A stretch of DNA of 64,000 bases from Heptranchias perlo (lineage: Eukaryota). The notes beneath the pieces are model-generated. The model was not told where the DNA came from. It worked only from the letters and a program-made list of their open reading frames with translations, and made no database searches. Location of the stretch: NCBI RefSeq assembly GCF_035084215.1, contig NC_090338.1:21824001-21888000 (forward strand). The letters are read 5' to 3'. Positions 36,709 through 49,377 of this stretch are shown piece after piece. Every line of letters starts with the position of its first letter. Position 1 is the first letter of the stretch. Both the position numbers and the translations under genes were made by a program.

Positions 36709-38476
36709 GCTGCATCAATGGCTCCCCAGCTAAAGGGTTTAAGAATTTCTGTTCTTTTCTTATTAGTGAATGGTTGGCATGTTGCAATATTTTTTCCTTT
36801 TCAGGCATTTGCACCACATTATTAACAGTAGCCAATTAGACAGAATTGGGAGACATGTTGATCAGGAGAGAGACAGAGAACACTGGATTTTGAATTCAGT
36901 AGAACAATTTTTAAAATATTTCCTTCCCATATCCTATATTTGGGGCTAAATCTCCCTGCAATAGGATGGCAGCACTGCAATGTAGGGGCTGGGCTGAGGT
37001 ACTACAACTTTTACTATTTGCACTTCATTCCATTAAGAAGGAGGGTGCTATGTCTTAAAGATGGCAGGAACCTATCATTTGGCTTGAGTTGAAATCAGTA
37101 TGACAACACAAGGAAAGAGTGGTAGTGGGAACTGCAGTATTTTCATACCACCACACTTGTGATGTCACTGATATGTAAATTTGTTTTAAAATTATGTCTT
37201 AAATGTCTGAAGTGAAGCATTTTGCGGCTGTTGATTTCAATCTCATTCTCACATTTGTACAATACAATTAGTTGGCACGCCTCAATAGTTCCATCACCAT
37301 TTATCTACTGATGGTCATAATGAACATTTCAGCGTGGTTTATGCTGCATGGAAGGACTTGTGCTTTAATCAGCTCTCTGTCCACTATTCCAGCATAAAAC
37401 ATATTATAGGCTTTTCTACAGGATATCCCAGTTCCTCCTGAAAGCTTATTTACAACAAATTCTTGCTCAAAGGGCAACAAATGCACACAATGCAGCACAG
37501 CACGCAAACAAATGGAGCAGGCATAGAACAGAAATTGGAGTGGGACAGCACAGTACAATACAGGTCTATACAGAAGTCAATATGGTATAATTTTTTCTCA
37601 TTTCAATGTTGTTAGCTCAGTGCCACTTTCGTTTGGCAAGAATGTCTGACCTTTAGTTGAAAATTCATCAGGCTGAGCATTGACCCAACACTGATGGGAA
37701 GTAAAATTGTACAATAACATTATCTGCATCCAAATTTACTGACATGTTCAGAGAAAAACAGATCAGATAAAGACATAAACTGCTGCCTCTGGCTTTCTGC
37801 ATGAACCAATCTTGAGTAAGTAGGGGCTAAATTATTCGATCACACATATTATAGGGAAGAAATAAAGTCCTTGGCATAACAGGATAAGTTTGGAAAAGAT
37901 TATTTCCTGCAAAGTTTTAAAATTTCAAAAAAGTTGTGCAGAGGCCATTTAAGGAAAAACATTGATCCAGCTTCAGAGATATCCACATTAAAATGATCAA
38001 ATGCCACCAAAGATGAAATCTAAAATGTTTTTATCTTTACCCATGAAAATCCCTTTTCTTTAAATGAAATTGGTATAAATAAGGACTTGATGTAATTGTA
38101 TGTGTAGTGTGGCAGAAGAACATCCTGATTCTTCAGTGATTTAGATGGAATTCAAGAATTTAGGGCCAGGTCCATGAGCTACATTTCAGAGGCTGTGGTA
38201 TAGTTACTGTTCTGTATAATGTTTCCATTTATCTTTGTTGGAGTGTTTTTTCTGTTTTCTACTTAAGTTGATTTTTTAAAAATTTGTTCACGTGTTTTGA
38301 CTGCTGTCAAGGCAGTATTTATTGTCCCTCCCTAGTTGCACTCAAAAGATGGTGGTGGGCCTTCTCTTTGAACTGCTGCAGTCCTTGCAGTGATGGTGCT
38401 CCTATAATGGTGTACGGTAGGGAATTGCAGGCTATTGGCTCAACAACAATGAAACAACAGCGATATATGTCCATGT

Positions 38477-40810
38477 ACCTAGCAAGCCCAACAAGAGGGG
38501 GAGCAGTTCTGGATTTAGTTTTAGAGCATGAAGCTGGGCAGGTGGAAGGAGTATCATTGGGAGAGCATTTTGGTGGTAGTGGTCATAATTCAGTTCGATT
38601 TAGCATAGTTATGGAAAAGGTCAGAGATAGAACAGGAGTAAAAGTTCTAAATTGGGGAAAGGCCAATTTTACTAAGTTGAGAAGTGATTTAGTAAAAGTG
38701 GACTGGAAACAGCTTCTTGAAGGTAAATCATTGTCAGAGCAGTGGGAGGCATTCAAGGGGGAAGATTCAAGGGGTTCAGAGTAAACATGTTCTCACAAAG
38801 AAAAAGGGTGGGGCTGCCAAATCTAGAGCCCCCTGGATGACAAGGGGCATACAGGGTAAGATAAGGCAAAAAAGTGAAGCTTATGTCAGACACCATGAGC
38901 TCGATATTGCAGGAAGCCTACAGGAGTATAGAAATTGTAGGGGTGAAATTGAAAAGGAAATTAGGAAAGCATGAAAAAATACTGGCAAGTAAAATTAAGG
39001 AAAACCCAAAAATGTTTTATAAATACATAAAAAGTAAGAGGATAACTAAGGAAACAGTAGGGCCTATTAGAGACCAAAAAGGTAACCTCTGTGTGGAGGT
39101 GGAAGATGTGCGTATTATTCGTAATGAATACTTTGCGTCTGTCTTCACAAAAGAGGGAGACGATGGCGAGATTGTAGTTAAGGAGGAGGAGTGTGAAATA
39201 TTGGATGGAATAAACATAGTGAGAGAGGAAGTATTAAGGGGTTTAGCATCTTTGAAAGTAGATAAATGACCAAGTCTGGATGAAATGTATCCCAGGCCGT
39301 TAAGAGAAGCAAGGGAGGAAATAGCAGAGGCTCTGACCATCATTTTCCAATCCTCCCTGGCTACAGGCATGGTGCTGGAGGATTGGAGGACTGCTAACAT
39401 TGCACCGTTGTTTAAAAAGGGAGGAAGAGATATACCGAGTAATTATAGGCCGATCAGACTAACCTCGGTGGTGAGCAAATTATTGGAATCGATTCTGAGG
39501 GACAGCATAAATCGTCACTTAGAAAGGCACGGGTTAATCAAGAACAGTCAGCATGGATTTGTTACGGGAAGGTCATGTCTGACTAACTTGATTGAATTTT
39601 TTGAGCAGGTAACAAAGTGGGTCGATGAGGGTAACACGTTTAATATAGTACATGGATTTTAGCAAGGCTTTTGACAAGGTCCCACACGGCAGACTGGTCA
39701 AAAAAGTAAAAGCCCATGGGATCCAAGGGAAAGTGGCTAGTTGGATCCAAAATTGGCTCAGTGGCTGGAAGCAAAGGGTAATGGTTAATGGGTGTTATTG
39801 CGACTGGAAGGCTGTTTCCACTGGGGTCCCACAAGGCTCAGTACTAGGTCCCTTGCTTTTTGTGGTATATATTAATGATTTGGACTTGAATGTGGGGGGC
39901 TTAATCAAGAAGTTTGCAGATGATACAAAAATTGGCCGTGTGGTTGATAGGAAAGTTGTAGACTGCAGGAAGATATCAGTGGATTGGTCAGGTGGGCAGA
40001 AAAGTGGCAAATGGAATTCAATCCAGAGAAGTGTGAGGAAATGCATTTGGGGAGGGCAAACAAGGCAAGGGAGTATACAATAAATGGGAGAATACTTAGA
40101 GGTGTAAAGGAACAAAGGGACCTTGGAGGGCATGTCCGCAGATTCCTAAAGGTAGCAAGGTGGTTAAAAAGGCATACGGGATACTTTCCTTTATTAGCTG
40201 AGGCATTGAATGTAAGAGCAGGGAGGTTATGCTGAAACTGTATAAAACATTGGTTAAGCCACAGCTTGAGTACTGCGTACAATTCTGGTCACAACATTAC
40301 AGGAAAGATACGATTGCACTAGAGAGGATACGGAGGAGATTTACGAGGATGTTGCCAAGGCTGGAGAATTTCAGCTATGAGAAAAGATTGGATAGGCTGG
40401 GGTTTTTCTTTGGAACAAAGGAGGCTGAGGGGAAATTTAATTGAGGTATATAAAATTATGATAGGGCTAGATCGAGTGAATAAGGAGGACCTATTTCCCT
40501 TAGCAGAGGGGTCAGTGACTAGGGGGCATAGATTTAAAGTAATTGGTAGAAGGATTAGAGGGGAGCTGAGGAGAAACCTTATCAACCAGAGGGTGATGGG
40601 GGTCTGGAACTCACTGCCTGAAAGGATGGTAGAGGCAGAAACCCTCAACTCATTTAAAAAAGTACTTGGATGTGCACTTGAAGTGCCGTAACCTACAGGG
40701 CTACGGACCAAGTGCTGGAAATTACAATTAATTTGGATAGCTCTTTTTCGACCAGCATGGACACGATGGGCCGAATGGCCGCCTTCTGTTCCATAACTTG
40801 ATATGATTCT
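38477..40810 (+). mobile_element. 2.3-kb CR1 LINE (end of endonuclease domain, RT and 3'UTR), frameshifted
   Basis: PTRGGAVLDLVL, APWMT, KENPKMFYKYI, DWRTANIAPLFKKG..NYRPIRLTS, QHGF..SCLTNL, DFSKAFDKVPH, GVPQGSVLGPLLF..YINDL and FADDTK. Confidence 0.97.
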
Positions 40811-42294
40811 ATGTCACAATGGTATGATACTTGATGGGGATCTTTGAGGTGATGGTTTTCCCACAACATTGCTGCCCTTGTCCTATCAGTGGTAAAGATC
40901 GCAGGGAAGGGATGTGCTGTTTAAGTAATCTTGGTGCTGCAGTGCATCTTGCAGATTATATACACCGCAACCACACCATACCAGTGATTGAAGGAGTGGA
41001 TAGTGAGTCTGGTGGCAGGGCTGCTGATAAAGTATACTGCTCTGTCCTGGGTGATGTCAAGCTGCTTCAGTGTTATTCCGGTTGTATCCATCCAGGCAAA
41101 TGGTGAGTATTGCTTTACACTCCTGACTTGAGCTTTCTAGATGGTTGAGAGGCTTTGAGGGGTCAGGATAGTTGTGACTTGTCACAGAATGTTGAGAATT
41201 TGCCCTGCCTTTGCAGTCATAATGTTGATGTAGCTGGACCAATTAAGCTCCTGGTGAGTGGTGACCTCCAAGATGTTGATGCTGGGGGACTCAGCAATGT
41301 TGCCACTGAAGCAGGAGAAGGCTGTTCAAGATGATCATTACCTTGCCTTTCTGTGGCACAAATGTTTGCTGTCAGCCCAAGACTAGTTTTATCTAGGTCC
41401 TGCTGTCGGCTGGCATTATTGGAGGTGTTGTGAATGTTGCTGAGCACTGTGAAATCATCAGTGACCAGCCCCACTCCTGACCTTATGATGGAAAGGTCAT
41501 TGATGACACAGCTGAAGACAGTTGGGCCAAGGACACAGCCCTGAGGAACACCAGCAGCAATGTCCTGGGGCTGCAATGATTTCCCTTCGACAACCACAGC
41601 TATCTTCCTTTGTGTCGGGTATAACTACAGCCACTGTTGGCTTCTTGATGCCATACTCGGTCGAATGCTTCATTGATATCGAGGGTAGTTACTCTTACCT
41701 CTCTTCTATTCAGCTCTTGTTTCTATCCCTAGATCAAGGCTGCGATGAAGCTTGGAGCTGACTGGTTCTGGCAGAACCTGAACTGAGCATTGTTGAACAG
41801 GTTATTAGTAAGTTGGTGTCGCTTGATGGCACTATTGATGACTCCTTCCATCACTTTGCTAATGATTGGGAGAAGGCTGATAGAATCGTAATTGGCAGGG
41901 TTACATTTGTCCTGCTTTTTATTGATAAAACATACCTTGTGTGTTTTCACATTGTCCGGTATATGCTATTGTCATAGCTACACTAGAATAGTTTGGCAAG
42001 AGGCCAGCTAATTCTGATGCAGAGGTCTTCAGCATTATAGCCAGGATGTTGTCAGGTCCCATATTTTTTGTTGTGCACTTATCCACTTCTTAATGCACTG
42101 TGACATGAACTGAACTGATCTGAACAGGCTGTAGACCGGCAACTATGATGTTGAGGACTTCAGGGGGAAACTGAGGAGAATCGTCGACTTGGCTCTTTTG
42201 GCTGAAGACGCTTGCAAACACTTCAGTCTTGTCTCTTACACTTGCATGCTGAGCAACACCATGTATGAGGATAGGAATATTCATGGAGCCATGA

Positions 42295-42740
42295 CAAGAT
42301 ATTTTACCTTATCCAGAACATTGGAACTAGAGGACAAGGCCTGCACTTGAATGGGAGTAAATTCAACTAATGTGCAGAAATAAGTGAGTGGTCAATCTGT
42401 GGAACAGACGCTCTAGGGAAATGGTGGAAGCTGTTAGTATTGATTCATTCAAATACAAATATTTTGGAATTCAGTATATTTGTGATTTGTGACATGACAT
42501 GCTAAGTGTAGCATGCTTGGGAGGAACAGGTGACTTTGAACCTGTGATTCCCAAAGCTCTCCACCACTGGGGTTTTCCTCGCATCTTGTCTGAGTCTGGT
42601 GTAGACTAATTGATAGAGATTCATTGCTGCGATTAGTCAACAACTCCATTATCGTTGTATCATGCAACTGTGGGGATGGTAGAAGGCGAGCTAGGTGAAC
42701 CTTGGTCTTTTTTTGTGTAGCGACGTCTATGTTCCTATGA
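42295..42740 (+). mobile_element. Old CR1 3' end nested in the minus-strand LINE
   Basis: ggaactagaggaca and gtggtcaatctgtggaac remnants; tail ggtcttttt..ctatgttcctatg. Confidence 0.6.
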
Positions 42741-44139
42741 GCCTCCTCCTCCTGATGGTTGCCTGGTTGACCATCACCATTCCTGATTGGATGCGATAGT
42801 GCTACAGAGCTTTGCTCTGATCCATTGATTATGGCACCATTTAGCTGTGTCTACGGCCTGCTGCTTTTGGCGTTTAGTATGTAGGTGTAATAGCATCACT
42901 CGATTGGAACCTCATGTGAAGCTATGCCTGGTGTTACTCCTGGCATACCCTCCCCATTGAAAAAGGGTTGGTCTCACACCTTGATGGTGATCGAGAAGTG
43001 AGTGATGTGTTAGGCCATGAGGTTACATATCGTGGTATACAATTCTGCTGGTGCTGCAATGACAAAACATGGGAAAGCCAAAATGGAGGGAATCGGTAGG
43101 AATTAAGTGGGAGAAAGGGGCAAGAAAATAAGGGAGACATTTAAGATCTGAAATTGTTGAAGTAATGTACATTGACTTTAGCAATTTATTTATTGACTTC
43201 AGCAACTCATTCTTTAGAAATGGGCTTGTGATTTCATGACATTCAGAGCATAGTGGAAATCTTGCCCAGTGAAGAAGGTATGAAACACGTGTAGAAGTTT
43301 AACTTTGAGCAGTAACCAGCGATATTTTATTGTAATATCTACTTTTGTCTACTCGCTGTCATTGCAAAGAAGATAAATGTTCATTATTTAATAAATGTAT
43401 TAAACCCAGGTTCAATATACTGAATAGAATTCTATATAATGTAAGAAATCATGTGGAAAGTGAAATTAAAAACAAAAGCAGTCATTTTAATAGATTTATA
43501 AAATGTGTCTGCTGAGGGAACCAAATACATAAGATCATTTAATGCATAGAAATGCAAAGTAAGAGCTAAACCCTGTCTTTAAGCATTTCTTCCACTGATG
43601 CTGAACAAACCATAATCCAGGGAGAGATTATATAAGGCCCAGTAATTCGTCTTCAAGCTCAATTCATCCGTTATTTTCCAAAACAATAAAATGTAGGCTA
43701 GTTTAGCATGGACCCCAAATGCCTGAATTAGTTTATAAGCACATCTCATGCGGATACAGTGAAAGATTATAATCTTGAAACTAACTAAAGTGCTTATGAA
43801 ATGTAAAGTCACAGCTTTGTATGTTTCATAATCCATTTGTAGTCTTAAGGTGCAGGTTTATTTGGAGTCTTATTTCATGGAACAATGCATTTTACAAAGC
43901 TGTACATTGGATTTTAATGTGAATTTAGCAATAATATACCAAGGAGTAAAGTAGCTGGTGATGCTAACAATAGAATGTTATAGGTCAGCCTCAATCCAAC
44001 ATGTAGAAACTGATCTACTATAGGCAACTGCTAGCTCTTTGAGCTCAAACTGTTACCAATTTAGAGTACTGGTTTGAAGCACCTCCCCCTTCACTGTATT
44101 GACGTAAACTCTGATCAGCCAGTGCAGCCCCAATGATCA

Positions 44140-44250
44140 TAAGGACTCCTATAAAACAATTCCATGGAACCTGTCTGATTTTCATTTCCATTGAAATCAA
44201 CGTGAATAAAAGTCTGACAGGTTCTAAAACGGGTAGGCGATCCGCTCCGC
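44140..44250. mobile_element. Degenerate fold-back MITE related to the 4021 element
   Basis: aacctgtctgattttcattt-ccattgaaatcaacg-tgaataaaagtctgacaggtt inverted structure. Confidence 0.6.
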
Positions 44251-45374
44251 CAGTACAAGCCCCAACTGGTGAAGATGAAGACTATTTCCATTGTTTTCAC
44301 AAGGCAGGTTCAGATGGAGAAGGCCCTTCAGCCCATTTGATCTCATCCTTCCAGAAATAAAAAATCTACCCTTTTCCATTATAGCATCAGCTGTTTTTTA
44401 AATGGTTTGTGTCTTGACCTCAACAATCCTTCTAGCTCTTAATCACTATCTAATGAAATACTTTTTGACCTCTGTCTTAAATTTGCCCTTCACAACCCTG
44501 AACCTGTGCCCTGCTGCCCTGGTGTATATGGCAGTATTGTTTTGGGTCTACTTTATCTGTTCGATTAAGTATCTTATATACTTCTATAAGACACCTCTTT
44601 TCATGGCTTGTGAACTACATTCAGAAAGGAAGATTCAGATCTTAATACTGCAGGGCTTAAAAGCAGAGTGATTTTATTGTATAACAGAAGTGATTTCATC
44701 CTTAGACTCCCAGCAACCCACTCTGCTACACTGTTGCTAGGTAGATGCCACTAGGTTTTACAGTGTATTACTGATAAATTGAAGTCATTCTTTGCAATAA
44801 AAGTGATTTATTCAATTAAGCCATGCAAATAAAGCAGCAAAGTGGGAATTTAGTGCTAAAAAAATTGAATTGTCAAATAATTTGAATTAAGCAAGTTTAA
44901 ATTAAGAGTAGACTGTGTATTGTGTGCATAAAGAATTTACTGTTTGGACACCTGGGTATTACCTGAAGAGTAACATTGAGAAAACCCTTAAATATAGGAC
45001 TACAATTAACAAACTGAAGCAAATAACTAACTGCTTTCTTCCAGAATAGCTATTAATAGTTCCTTCAACAGTAATAAACAATACCCAATTATCTTCATTG
45101 CAATGCGGTGTTTAATGTTAAAATAAACAAAATCATTGTGCTAAAATTGCATTCTTATTAACCTATTCTTCAAATTGTGAAATGATTAATCATTCTGTTG
45201 TCTGTATGTTATAATAAGAAAAACTAAATATATCTTCATAAACAAGCAGGTGAATTACTGTTATTACACAAGTGTCTTTATAGATAACACTTGGTCCATG
45301 CGATCTCCTGGACTGGTTTCGATCGCCTGAGATGGGGTTGGAGAGGAATTTTCCAGAGTACTTTTTCCCTTATG

Positions 45375-46050
45375 GGGCTGTATGTACTCAAATCTTTGAA
45401 GATGGCAGGACAAGTTGAGAAGGCTGTTAAAATAGCATTTGGGATCCTGGGCTTTGTTAATAGAGGGATAGAGTACAAAAGCAAGGAAATTATGTTAAAC
45501 CTTTATAAAACGCTGGTTCGGCCTCAGCTGGAGTATTGTGTTCAATTCTGAGCACCACACTTTAGGAAGGATATCATGGCCTTAGAGAGGGTGCAGAAGA
45601 GATTTATTAGAATGGTACCAGGGATGAGGAACTTCAGTTATGTGGAGAGACTGGAGAAGCTGGGGTTGTTCTCCTTAGAGGAGAGATGGTTCAGAGGAAA
45701 TTTGATAAAGGTGTTCAAAATCATGAACGGTTTTGATAGAGTAAACAAGGAGATATTGTTTCCAGTGGCAGAGGGTCGGTAACCAAAGGGCACAGATTTA
45801 AGGTGATTGACAAAAGAACCAGAGGTGAGACGAGGAAACATTTTTTCATGCAGTTATTGTGATCTGGCATGCACTGCTGGGAAGGGTGGTGGAAGCAGAT
45901 TTAATAATAGCTTTCCAAAGGGAAATGAATAAATACTTGAAGGGAAATATTCACCGGGCTATAGGGATAGAGCAGGGGAGTGGGAATAATTCGATTGCTT
46001 TTTCAAAGGGTCGGCACAGACACAGTGGGCCAAATGGCCTCCTGTGCTAT
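45375..46050 (+). mobile_element. CR1 3' fragment inserted in the 3'UTR of an older CR1 (45290-46248)
   Basis: EYKSKEIMLNLYKTLVRPQLEYCVQF and ALERVQKRFIRMVPG; the two flanks join into a sequence resembling 29700-29905. Confidence 0.9.
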
Positions 46051-46904
46051 ATCATTGATTATTGGCCCTGCGTTTTTCTCTTTTTTTTGCCTCTCCCAGG
46101 AGATTACATGGCTGCGGGGGAAAGTGGGTGGGGGGGCGTGCGGGGGAGGAAAGGAAGGATTTAGTCATGATGCTCCAGCCTACATGGTGTCAGGCAGGCT
46201 TATTGGACCAGTTGGTCTTTTCCTGCTCATCAATTTTGTATGTTTGTACACACTTTAGCTTGCGACACACTGATTATCAACCAACAGCAGCTTGATTCCC
46301 ACGTTTGAAGAGTTGCATGATGTGTCTATGCCATTATTCTCCATTGAATGATCTTAGATGGATACCCATACTCTTATGTGTATTTTTATTTGAGTGGAGA
46401 GAATATATTTTATGCATTCGGCAAGAGCCAAGTTGAAGAAACTGATGACAGAACTTATTTTAATAAGAAAAGAATAAGACGGCCTGCTTGGTGGCAACTT
46501 TGGTATAGAAACCTGCTGTGCAACCAAGTACCCAGGCCATTGAAGGGAAGGCACTGAGCACAGATTGGAAAAACAATAACTGGGACAACTCTCAACCGTC
46601 TCATCTAACCCCTGAAGGAAAAGGTTTTGAAGTAAGTTTTCTTCCTGCCCACTCAGGCAGCGGGCAATTTATGGCCCCTTTTCTAAAAAATGGAAATAAA
46701 TTTATCAAAAGAAATTGATGAAACAAAGCATATTTTATTTAGTTTTTTCCTAATTTATTGAATTGATCTTGGTGTCACAAAGACTTTGTGCCAATATGTT
46801 AATAATTTATTAAAAGCACATAGAATCAACACATTTAAAGATGGTATCATATCCAGCCATTCAATAAAATAGAAATGATCTAAGTTCTGAACATAAAGCA
46901 ACCT

Positions 46905-47088
46905 ATCGTTGAGTATATTCAAGACTGAGATTGATAGATTTTTGGACACTAAGGAAATCAAGGATATGGGATAGGGCAGGAAAATGGAGTTGAGGTAGAA
47001 GATCAGCCATGATCTTGTTGAATGGCAGAGCAGGCTCGAGGGGCAGTATGGCCTACTCCTGCTCCTATTTCTTCTGTTCTTATGTTCT
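46905..47088 (+). mobile_element. CR1 3' end
   Basis: SIFKTEIDRFLD plus gatcagccatgatctt..ggcctactcctgctcctatttct. Confidence 0.88.
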
Positions 47089-49377
47089 ATCAATCCAGTG
47101 AAAATGCTGGTGCAGTGTTGAAGTTCTGCCACCAGATGTCACTACCACACTGTGCAAATGCTATGTAAACTCCGTATTTATAAGCCACACTGAAGATATC
47201 GAGGGGTAGAAAATTATTACTCCATCATTTTTTAAAAATTGTTTTCAAATCAAGTTATAGCAATAAAGCCACTCAGATATGGAGTAGTTTTATTACTATA
47301 AACGATTTAAAATAATTAGAAGTTAATGTAAGATTCATTCTCTTGGCCTTGTGTGTATAACTCTGTGCTACCAGTTCTGTAACACAGCAAAGCAGTCACT
47401 GCTGTCAAACTGATACCTGCAATATAAATGCAGCAAAGTAGTTCTAAAACACTGAACTTCCACATCAAATGACAGTCAATTTGACTTTTATACACTGTAA
47501 AATCCAGTGTAAAACTTACTAATTTTTTCAAAAGATTTTACTGTGATTGAGTTATTCAAGAAATGACCTGCTTTCTCAGGTTATGCTGATATACAGAATA
47601 ACAAAGTACATGTCACTTTGCAGGTTACATAATACTTGCAGATACAAACATTGAGGATACATACAGCCCATCACAGCTGGGTGAGGTTACGAGTGGGCAG
47701 GACCAGGATCAATTTTTGGCAGGAGACACAAGCCACATGGGGGAAATAGAAGAGGGAGGGTGAATTGAGGCATCTCTGCACACTGAGTGGGGGCAGCACT
47801 TGGTAGTTATGAGAGGTGATGGAGTTGCATGGGAGATGGGGAGGAATCTGTCCATTGAATGATTGGCCTGGGGATTTCTTTGGTTGTGGGGTCTTGCAGG
47901 ATCTGTGAGGTGGATCTACAGGTGTTGCCTTCTGCACCAATGCAAACTCAAGGCTTTTCTAGCTGGTCAGATTAAAAACACAGACCAATTGAAATGACTG
48001 CAAGACCAAAACTTAATTTCAGAGTTTAAATGATCTTCGCCAACCATTCCAATTTTAGTTTTGAGGTTTATGATGTCATTTCAAGCCATCAGTAAAATTA
48101 CATCTCAATACCTATTCTTAACTATCCATTATTATATCTGATTTTAATTGGAACACTTGGAAAGTGTGACAGAAAGAGTAAAGAAATAAGACAGTGCCTG
48201 ACATTTGAGAGAAAGCAAGATTTTGTTTCAGCATAACTATATCTGTTATTTTAGTCTTAATTATTAGAAGCTGGTTGATGGCAATTTTGTTCTATCTTAT
48301 TTTTCTACATTTTCTATGGAATAATACAGACTTAGAGTCAGCATTGAGCTGTTAAAGATACCATGAAGGATAATAGATAGTGGGAATCATAGGAGAGCTC
48401 GGGAATTCAATAATATAAGTTTAACCATCCATATTTGACTCTCTGCTTTATTTCATTTCTTTTCTGTTCTCCCTAAAAGGAAATTGTATCGTTAATATTC
48501 TCTATGATCTGAAAAGACTGTATTCTGATTGAAGTCTGATTTGAATCCTCTCACATCACAAAGCACACTTCAGTATATCTGTACTGTGAAGAAATGAATT
48601 GGGAGTGTCGGTGCCAAGGCAGTTTCATCTTGCACGCAGGGGTTAGATGTTTCAAAAGACGTGGCAGACAGAGTCAAAGAAGTTTTTAATCCAGTTGGTG
48701 CAAGGCAAAAAAAAACTTAACTCACAGACAGAATTCCATGTTTCACTTCATAGAATAATATTAGAAGCTCCCCAGTCAGAAATTTGATCATGATCAGAGG
48801 CTTCATCAATTTCTGATTGGAAAGAGATCTCCAGACAGTATGAAGACTGGCTGATTGTAATTCAGTGCTTCAGGCATAGAAATCGGTAATGGGATTTCTG
48901 TGTTTGAACCTGACACCTAAAGATGGTATTCATGCTAACTAGAAAAACAATTTTCAAGTGATTTTTAATGGCTGTTAATGAAAATCTGTGACAGAGTGGG
49001 ATGAATCTTTAACTCCAGGCATGGAATGGGCGGTCAGAGTACCAAACATCTGCCTGGTCTTGCCAACGGGAGGCGCAGTCCGTTTGAAGGGTGGGGCCTT
49101 GGCACGTGTTGGCAGCAAGCTGCGGGCTCCGAACGGGCATCCCGCTGCAGCTCACCCACTCCGGGCCAGCGCAATACTGGGCAGGTAGGTTCGGGGAGTG
49201 GGGAACAAAGCGGGTAGGGGGCCGAACGCGGGGGGTGGAGAACTTGGGGCGGCAATGGTTTATTTTATGCATGTGGAGCCTGGAGGAGAGCTCGTGGCCC
49301 CACAAAAATATTTACTTTTTGGTGCCTCTTCCTTTTCACCGCCAGGTTCAACTGGGCAGTGCGTGACCCTCTACTAC

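Larger units (their letters stand above)
38290..43060 (-). mobile_element. Degenerate long LINE of the second CR1/L2-group family, split by CR1 insertions
   Basis: 3' tail at 38290-38476; RT motifs AGVPQGCVLGPTVFSCVINDL..VTDD (41217-41597) and KQDKCNPANYDSISLLPIISKVMEG (41729-41950); DKTEVFASVFSQK (~42230). Confidence 0.8.
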
